Assembly: GCA_002245135.1 (NCBI GenBank)
Contig: NGBS01000587.1
Location: 244,059 to 264,058, forward strand
Direction: 5' to 3'
Source of the DNA: Proteromonas lacertae
Taxonomy: Eukaryota
DNA: 20,000 nt
The notes beneath the pieces were generated by a model. It was not told the origin of the DNA. It made no database searches and saw only the letters and a list, made by a program, of their open reading frames with translations. This document shows positions 11,101 through 20,000 of this stretch, in pieces. The stretch's first letter is position 1; every line of letters starts with the position of its first letter. The translations under genes and the position numbers were made by a program.

Positions 11101-14100
11101 TCTTTACAATATTTTTGAAATGTTTTTGTTCCATTTGATAAGAATGAATATGAAGAATTCTGTAATGCTGGTGTATAGGTTACTATTGATTTTACATCAC
11201 ATAAATATTTTTTATAAGAACCATGATTTGGTATTTCCATTAATGAAAACATATTGTATATAATTATATCTTTTATTTTTGTCAATAATCCACTTTCATA
11301 TATATACTTATATTCTTCTCCAACATCATTTTTATATATTGAAACAATTATATAACACTTATTCTTAGATGATTTACAATAATCATAAATACTATTATAT
11401 AACTTTATTTTCTCACTCTCATCTTTATATAACTCATCATATACATTGAATTGTTGATAATAAAGGTTTGAATCATTCAAACTTTTATCAATATGATCTA
11501 TTAACAATTTAGACATGGGTGAATAATTATATAATATAATCACATCATTAGATTCTCTTATAAATGATCTTTCATGTAAATATGAAATAATTGCTAATGA
11601 ATTAGTCATATGAATGACATTATCTCTACATACTATTTGAGTATCATATCCAACTGTTAAATATAGTGTATCATTATAAAGATTAAGTTTGGAAACATCA
11701 AAAAATCCAAAAGATGTAAATACTATATTAATCTTATTCTTATGCATTTCATCTAAATACTTTTGTAGTTCATTTACATCTCTCTTTTTCATATTATGTG
11801 ATTTTACAGCTAAATATGTATTACTACTGAATGAATTTACATCATTATAATCATCTACTAGTTTGACTAACAATATAAACCGTTGAATTCCATTAGTATA
11901 ATAATCTTCAATAGTTAATGGTAATATCAAACCAATGTAATATAAATTCAATTCTTTATTACCTGAATGACTATTCATATCATCATTCCACATACAAGCT
12001 GTAAGTTTATTATTATTTCCATTATTAACACCATCAAAGTCATAATTATCATCCATACTAAATAATAAAGCTGCATTTGGTGAAAATGAATATTCTATCA
12101 ATTCTCCATTGAATTCATAATAAGACATTGTAATTGATTTTGTCAAATAATTGTTTCTTTGCATATATATTGCATTTCTATTATCCATTCCTTCATTTTC
12201 ATAAGAATAACACTTAAAATTATATACATGTTCTCTAAAATGTTTATCATTTGGGGTTAATCTGCCATATTCTCTTTCAAATTCGTACCAGAAATATAAT
12301 ATGTTCAATTCTGATACAACATCTCTACTAAGTTCTTTATCCAGCAATAATGAAGTATAATCAAAATCATACAATACTTTGGAAATATAATTTTCTAAAT
12401 CATCATCATTATTAGAGTCATATTTATAGTTATTCTTCTTACTACTAAACTTTCCATTCAAATTCCAGAAATGAGGTAAATATTTATATTTCATTGGTTT
12501 ATTTTCAGGATGTTGAGACATATAAAATATATTATTTACATCTATTGAATTGGTTGTTAATAGTGTATTATTTATATAATCCAGAATGTAATCTAAATCT
12601 TCAATATCACTTGAATCCATCATTATTGCAACTTTATAGTCAATAGATTTTTCTAATATTCCATTCAATTCATTCTTACTTTCTTTAATATCATCAAATG
12701 TCATTGAATATATTTCTGGAATTAATAAATACTGTCCTGTCTTCTCAAAATATTGATGTAATTTAACATAATCATTATCATGAATCACTACTAATATGAA
12801 ATATCTAAATATATTATAAAATGTTTCTAAAACAACAGGAACATTACTCTTTGGCACAAATGAACCATGATAAACATTTTCAAAACAAAATGTCTCATTT
12901 ACTTCATTGATTATTGTCACTTTGAAGTTTTTTCCTTCCACCAAATTGATAAACTTTTTCAAACATTCACTTGGTAAGTATAAATAAACAGTTGAATCAT
13001 ATTTGAATTGTTTAATTATATCTTCGAAATCATCACATTCTGATTCAGTTCTTAATAAATAGCTTCTTATATCAAAATAATCGTTTGTGTCTTTTCCTAA
13101 TATATTAAATCGTTCTTTAATTGCATGGAACATTCCATAAATTTCATAATCTTTGTCACTTCTAATCATTATTACTGTTTCTATTACAATTACTGGAACA
13201 GTATAAATATATTCTTCTTTTGTAAAATCACACATTTTCCCTTGGTTCAATTCCCAATTAAATGCATATGGATATTCATTGAAATAATACCTCTTTAATA
13301 TTTCAACTGTATTATTTGCATATACTCTAGCCAATTGAAAATAATTGAAAATGTTATTATTTGATGCTAATTGAGTTACTCCTTCATGACTATCAAAATC
13401 AGAATAATAAATACTTGATAAATTGAATTGAGTTATTTCATTGTTTCTATTCATAACTATATCTGAATCTTTCATTTTTTGGAATAATTTATTTAGTATT
13501 ATAAATGCCATAAATATATTTGACATTTGATTGAATGGTTCAGATATCATTGAGTATTCATATAAGTACTTTAGAAACACTTTGTTCATATCACCTTCTT
13601 CATTATTCTTATTAAAATAACCACCTATTATATCAATTCTATCTTTCAAATAGAATGGCATTGTTTTAACATTCTTTTCTGTTAGTAATAATGCTATTAT
13701 TCTCCACTTATCTCTATCCAAATTTCTTATATAAAACTCATATAAAACTGATTGAGAATCTCCTAAATCTGTTGCTAAAAATATTACTCCAGCAAATTCC
13801 TCTATTACTCTCATTGAATCATTCATTTCTGTTGCATTTGACACATCAACACTAATTGATGGAGATGGACGATCTAGTCTGTCTTTTAACAATTTCTCCA
13901 ATATATTCTTTACATCAATCGTTGATTGATCATTTGAATTATAAAATATATATGATATATTAGTAAGATATCCATTCAATGCATAGTAATACATTGAATT
14001 GAAATAATATTGACTTGGAACTCCAGATGTTATAATTACGTTCTTATAACATATTTCGCCAGTTACTGGTGTAGTAATAAAATATAATATATCTTTATGA

Positions 14101-17100
14101 TCATCTTTTATCTTATTGATTATTATCTTCATACATTCTTTTGAATTACCACTTATAACTATCTTAAATCCTTCTTCTATCGCTTGATCAATTAATGATT
14201 CACATGTTGTTGTTGGTGAACTTTCTATATCAAATAACTTGTAAGAGATTTGATAGTTTTCATTTTCATTCTGTACATAATTATATCCTGCAATGGCAGA
14301 TAGATAATTTGAAATATCATAGTAATTATCATTATGACTAATAGAAAATACCAAAGCAATTTTTATTTTCGGTACTTTTGTAACTCCTTCAATATTATCC
14401 AATATTCTATTCTTTGTATGTTCTACAATCGGTTGTAAATCACTAACTTCACATCTTTTACCACTGTATGGAGGAAATGGTTCAGATTTAACTGGCGATG
14501 AAGATTTAAATACAGTTTTAAACTTCAATGTAACATTATCACTTTTATCAACTTCTTCTAATTTTATGAAATAGAAATATCCTTGAAAATAATGATTCTT
14601 TCCTATATAAACTATTCCAGCTGGTGTTACAATAGGAATCTTATAAAATGTATAAATCAATTCACTAACTTCATTACTGTGTATAGTATGTGTCGAATAT
14701 CTTAAGAACAATGGTATAGTATATAAATTATAGGTTAATCTAGAAAGAGTTATATTTTTACCATATTTGTCATAATATCTATTCAATATTTCATAGGTTA
14801 TTAAATTATCTTCTCCTTCTTCTTTAGCTTCAGTTGGATTAAAGATTGTAAAGAAATAAGTATCTATCGTTGGTTGTACTTTGTCACTTGCATTAAATTT
14901 GATTAAACCTGGATCAGTATTTAAACATATAATTTTGCTTGAACTTCCAACCAAATTATAGGAATATAACTCTGTTAATAATGAACTAATTTGATTTGGA
15001 GATACAATTGTAACAATACAACTACTGTGACTTAAATATTGATTTAATGAACTTAATATATTATAATATTGATTAGTATTATCACTAATTGCGAGTTTAT
15101 AACTAATTTCCATTCCATTTTCTACAAACATATTCTCATATATTTCTAACAAAGTTTTATGTTTTTGAGTAACACTATATAACATTAATATATTCTCACA
15201 ATTATTGATCATATATGATAGTCCAGGTTTCATTGACTCATAGATACTTCCACCATAGAATAATATATTATTATTATTACATTTTGCTATATATGTATTA
15301 CTTGCTACAATTAACAATATTGAATTATCATTTTCAATTTCATTTGATATTATTGTTATTAATGGATCACTTAAATAACCAATTAATATTCTAACACCCA
15401 AATCCATCAAATGTCTGAATGATATGATGAAATCTGTTTCATTTGTGTTGGATGTATATGTTAATGATTTATAACTAACTGTAACTCCTAATATACCTCC
15501 ATATTTATTGTTTATATTATCAATTCCACTTTCAAATGATGTTTTTACCATTTCTCTTTCAATTCCAAATGTTTCATCATGTATTAAACCTAATGTGAAT
15601 AAATTGATGGGTCTTAAATCTGGTTCATTTTCTTCAGTGAAATTACAATAATTTCTCATCACATTTGAATCAACATATAATATGTTTGATGTTTTAGTTG
15701 TTGAAACATAGCTAATTACATTAAACTGACTAATCTTTACTACAACTGAAGGTAAACGTTCATAAAGATTAGATTTCATAGAATTAATTCCACTTACAGT
15801 ATCAAATTGTGTAGTTAACATTGTTCTTTGTATTGTATATAAATCATATGGATTATGAGATGTGATCTGATCATGGAAATTGAAAAATGCATCAGCTGCT
15901 AATAACTCATATATATAAAATATCTTATCTTTTCTATAAATTGTATGATAGATATTATCAAATAAATTACTTCGTTCTGTAGATAAGAAGAAATCAAATA
16001 TTGTGTAAAAATAAATATTGTAATTTCTAGCGGATATAGCATTATCATTAAAGAACGATGTTAATGCATAGAATTGATAATTTCCTCCTAATTGCATAGT
16101 AGAAAAAAACATTCATAATTTGATTGGTTTTTTCTGCAATATTATATGTATTAAATACTATAATATTACCACCTGTTGGCATAAATGAATATATTTCTTT
16201 GATTATATTATCTATTGAAGCAGTATTATTTTCAATATCAATATATATTACATTTTCAGAAAATGAAATTGATTCTTTTATATTGTTAATGATTTTCACT
16301 TTATTTGGTATATCACTATGTAGAATTACTAATTTTTCGATTTGTAGTATGAACAAAGTTATACATTGTTGTAATCAACAAATCATTTGCAGAATATGTA
16401 AATACTCTTGGACTACATTTCTCCAATGAATAATAATATCCAATATACCACAATTGCATATCATATTGATCTAATTTCTTAACAATATGATCCATCATAA
16501 CTCCTCCTAATACTCCAAACACATGTTTGATATTATATTTAGTATGAAATTCTTCAAATATTTGACTTATCTCTTCTTCTGTATTTGCATGTTTTACTAT
16601 TCCTTCATATTGAAATTTTGTATCAGCAACATTATTAAAATAAGTTCCCAGTGCATATATTATCCTAGAAACCATTCCAGATTCATATTTTAACTTTTCA
16701 CATCTTACAAACAACATGCCAAACCTTACTTTAATTCTATTCGTGATGAATTCGTTTGTAAGATTACTGTTTGGAAGCAGATGAAGTAGAAGAAGTTGTT
16801 AATATTGTATCATATTTACTACAATCACAAACCTTGACTATTTTCCTCAATAAACATTATTGCAGGTAATGGATAATTCAAATTACTTGTAGTAAAAAAG
16901 TTATTATTACCATTTAAATCTACATATATTATCATAATAGTTAAATAATGAGATAATTGGTTACTGATTGAAAATGTCAATGGAGTATCTAAACCAACAT
17001 TTAAATTCAGCTTTTCTCATATTTATATCACAATTCTTTTCTTCTAAACAATTTGAATTCATATTTATCGATAAAGTCAACATTGATTGTGCATAAAATA

Positions 17101-18690
17101 ATGGATATAATAGATAATTATAATCATAATAAATATCTTCAAATTCTGTAATACGATCTAAAACAACATTAACAAACTTTGATTCACTTTCTTTTATATG
17201 ATCTGAAATAAACATAAAATTATCTAATTTTGGATTATGTATTGTTTTAAGGCTTTTAAACTTCATTAATGATGGTGTATATGAAGGAAATGGAAGTCTT
17301 GATGATTGAAATTCTGCTCCAACTTCTAATATTTTTTCATCATCATCTAAATTCACTAATATTCCACAATTACCATCTGGAAATTGAGTTTTTATATCTA
17401 TAAATATATCACTTATTGATTTTGTATTGATTGAAGTTCTAACTACTTTCATATCTGTTTGATCTAACTTCTTCAGTGTTTTTATTATGTATTTATACAT
17501 TTCATCATCATTCTCATCGTCTATATCAGTTATTATGTAAAAACTTTTCAATTTTGAGTCTAAAGCATAATAGATTACAGGAAAAATAGAGTTGAATCAA
17601 ATTGAAGTTTGTATAGAATAGATATGGTGAACAATCATTTTTCTCATTCAAATACAAATCAAATGTTATTATTTTCTTTCTACTGGTTATTTCTATCAGT
17701 TTCTTCATCTTCATGTAATTATCACCAGCTAAGAATGCGATTGGATTATATTTCTCTATTAATTTTTCCACTTGAGTCTTTAACTTCTCAGGATTATTAC
17801 TCAATTGATATTCTATTACTCTATATCTATACTTAGTATCATAAAACGAAACAGACATTAAATTAGTCACTGTAAATAATGAATTCATTAACAATCGAGG
17901 AATTGTTTCAAATATACTGATTATTACTATAGTTTTACCTTCTTTTGTATAATTACTATTATATTTACTCCAATCACATACACAATTCTCATTTACTGTT
18001 GATGAAGTGTGAGGAACTGGAAACCATTCATAATTGTAAATTATCTTCTTTATTTCTTGAATATGGTAAAATCTTTTGGATCAACTGTCTTGCATAATTT
18101 TGTTATTAATTGTAATGTATTTTCTCTTGTATATTGTACTTTATATTTTTCGCTGTAAATATCTAACGATGGTAAAATAGATAGAATATTATCAGGTGTT
18201 ATTGATGTTAAAGTAGTGAATATTTGATATGCAATCTGAGTTGATAAATATGCAAAATATGCAATTTCAGTCATCAAGTTGTTTGGACTTATTATTTTGT
18301 ATGTATCACATATATGATTATTATTTCCACATTTACCATCAAAATACATTATAGTGTAAAAATCTTTCCACTATTAAAATATAACATATATAATATATAT
18401 AAATACAGAATTATCATCAACATAATCAATATAAGATAATCCCATTATATAAACTTTAAATTGATTTTCACTATATCCTTTACGACTGTATTGTTTCATA
18501 AATTCAGATGAATATGGTGGAGCTGTTATTGATATAATTAATATATTATTCTTTGTCTTATATCCATCGATTGTTGTGATAATACTTTGAACAGAATTCT
18601 GAATATTATCCAACTGAATTATTAAAGATTCTAACAGAGTATTATTCTGTTTGATTGTATTTTCTGCATATGTTTTAAGTGTTTTTGCTC

Positions 18691-18725
<35 letters not shown>

Positions 18726-20000
18726 TTTATACTCAGTTTTTGCAGTAATTAATATCACATCTTTCCTATATTTCCCAAATTCAACATCAAATTTAAGATT
18801 GATGGAGCAGTTAAACCTGTATTAAATACTCTTGGATGACAATACAAACCTGAAAGATGTCCGATATTGAAAATGACAGGTAAATCATCACGATTTTCAT
18901 GATAGATATCTAATTGAGGTATATCTTTGTTTATAATATTTCCATGTGAATAATAAATAATAACCTTTATTTTATTCTCTACATAATAATCATATTGTTC
19001 AGCAGGAGTATGTGAGTAATTTGAATCTACCAGTAATATCAGCCTTTTATTACCAACTTTCTCAGATTATTTGCATTTGCAGATATATATACACTGTTGA
19101 ATATGGGAATGATATATTCAGCTTTCAATGACTATCAGTAATTAATCCTATAAAAAAAACATCTTCTACCTCTAATTCACCTATTTCATTACATCTATTC
19201 TGTTCTATTACACTAAAATCGTCATATGCCTCTAAAGGAAAGTAATTTCTGAAATTGTGTATAAATTTGATATCTCCATTTGCTTGCACCTCTCCTAAAT
19301 AGGAACTTCGCATAAAATACTGATTTGTGTATAAATATATAAGATCCTCTGAAACATATGCATTTATTCTTTTAAATGTCATATTTTGAATAAAAACCGA
19401 TACAGGTACTTTGTATAAACTATCTATACACTGTAAAATCATTTTCAGGAATATTCCACTGATATACAATGAATCAGTTAAATATTCACCTGAAGCTAGA
19501 TTTAATGCTGTTAAAAATGCTTGATCTCAGGAGATGGATAATCATCAAATATCCTGAATATATATAAGCACCAGCGAATAGAGTAGTATCTTTGTGAGTA
19601 AGGTATTCATCAGCACTTAGAACAGCTATTTTATACCCTTTAGCAGCAACATTGTATTGGTTAAAATATTGGACTATTTTTATCTGTTCATCATACTTTC
19701 TATAATAATCAGCAATTGTAATGGCAGTTGTTGTATGTTCTAAGTTCTTCAAATATTTTTCAGCATCTGCAATCTCCATTCTATTGTTTAAAATCTTTAT
19801 ACCAAGCAGCGTGTAAGTTCTGACCAATCTATTATAATCATCTTCATTATTAGTCAATATAATTGATTTATATTCACTATTAACTATAAATGAGTTGGCT
19901 ATGATAATAATAAAGAGATTAAAGCATACCTTGATAATCTAAATTTCTGATATTGATTGAATTAATGAGATTAGGGTTACACATTGTTCAATATATTGAT
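8160..20000 (-). CDS. Giant class C (GABA-B-like) GPCR with at least 9 tandem PBP type I / Venus-flytrap modules; 5' end lies beyond the window; part above 16100 broken by about 13 small indels
   Basis: Uninterrupted 2650-codon ORF (8160-16112) ending in a 7TM region and cytoplasmic tail. Upstream fragments continue the same ~1.2-kb module periodicity and carry GTAT...TAG introns at 19929-19899, 18732-18690 and 18406-18371. Confidence 0.85.
8760..9520 (-). other. Class C GPCR seven-transmembrane domain (7tm_3-like)
   Basis: Seven hydrophobic segments with class C hallmarks: RRFKIIRATS in ICL1, Cys at the top of TM3, VLRTWRI at the TM3 end (cf. AKTWRI), Cys in ECL2 (IPTCN), TRNCVDDYNDS in ICL3 (cf. 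TRNvp..FNES) and ITPKFY in TM7. Confidence 0.92.
9560..20000 (-). repeat. Protein-level tandem array of ~400-aa modules: approx. >20000-19190, 19155-17970, 17935-16820, 16740-15645, 15600-14450, 14370-13230, 13200-11990, 11945-10775, 10760-9560
   Basis: Each complete module begins with a hydrophobic strand (FIGLI, IVIIS, FGMLF, LGLIH, IALVF, IETVI, IGLIL, VGLLL), contains a C-x-x-x-V/I/L motif, and ends with an N-containing hairpin motif and a terminal Cys. No obvious DNA-level identity between modules. Confidence 0.8.
18691..18723. repeat. (TAA)11 microsatellite forming most of a 43-nt intron
   Basis: Directly visible. On the minus strand, GTATAAATA(TTA)11G runs from donor to acceptor, and its removal joins ...AKTE|AKTLK in frame. 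Confidence 0.9.

Noticed and set aside
16327..16364. GTATAA...TTAG 36-nt segment as an intron to repair the 16335 frame break
   Set aside because: Its length is a multiple of three, so it cannot correct the frame.
11045..17836. Plus-strand ORFs 11045-11263, 16124-16429 and 17609-17836
   Set aside because: Antisense to the GPCR coding sequence, with no independent coding features.

Overview
Eukaryotic, very AT-rich (roughly 75% A+T by eye), gene-dense DNA using the standard code. All 15 introns I traced in the called genes are GTAT...TAG; 14 are 25-43 nt and one is 109 nt. This architecture resembles compact gut-protist stramenopile genomes such as Blastocystis/Proteromonas (inference only). 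In order: the 3' end of a sedlin/TRAPPC2 gene (+); a 74-aa single-pass membrane protein missed by the ORF track (-), head-to-head (22 nt) with a signal-peptide-bearing, apparently catalytically degenerate Rubisco-LSMT-type SET protein (+); a 9-exon PPR-like gene (-); a PHD + CCCH zinc-finger gene (-); a Q/P-rich orphan (+); and ubiquitin-L40 (-). The last 12 kb hold the most striking element: a giant class C (GABA-B-like, 7tm_3) GPCR whose ectodomain appears to be at least 9 tandem ~400-aa periplasmic-binding-protein type I (Venus flytrap) modules resembling bacterial UrtA/AmiC urea/amide-binding proteins (>3,900 aa, running off the window). About 16 small frame breaks, many at homopolymers, interrupt otherwise intact genes and are most simply assembly indels.
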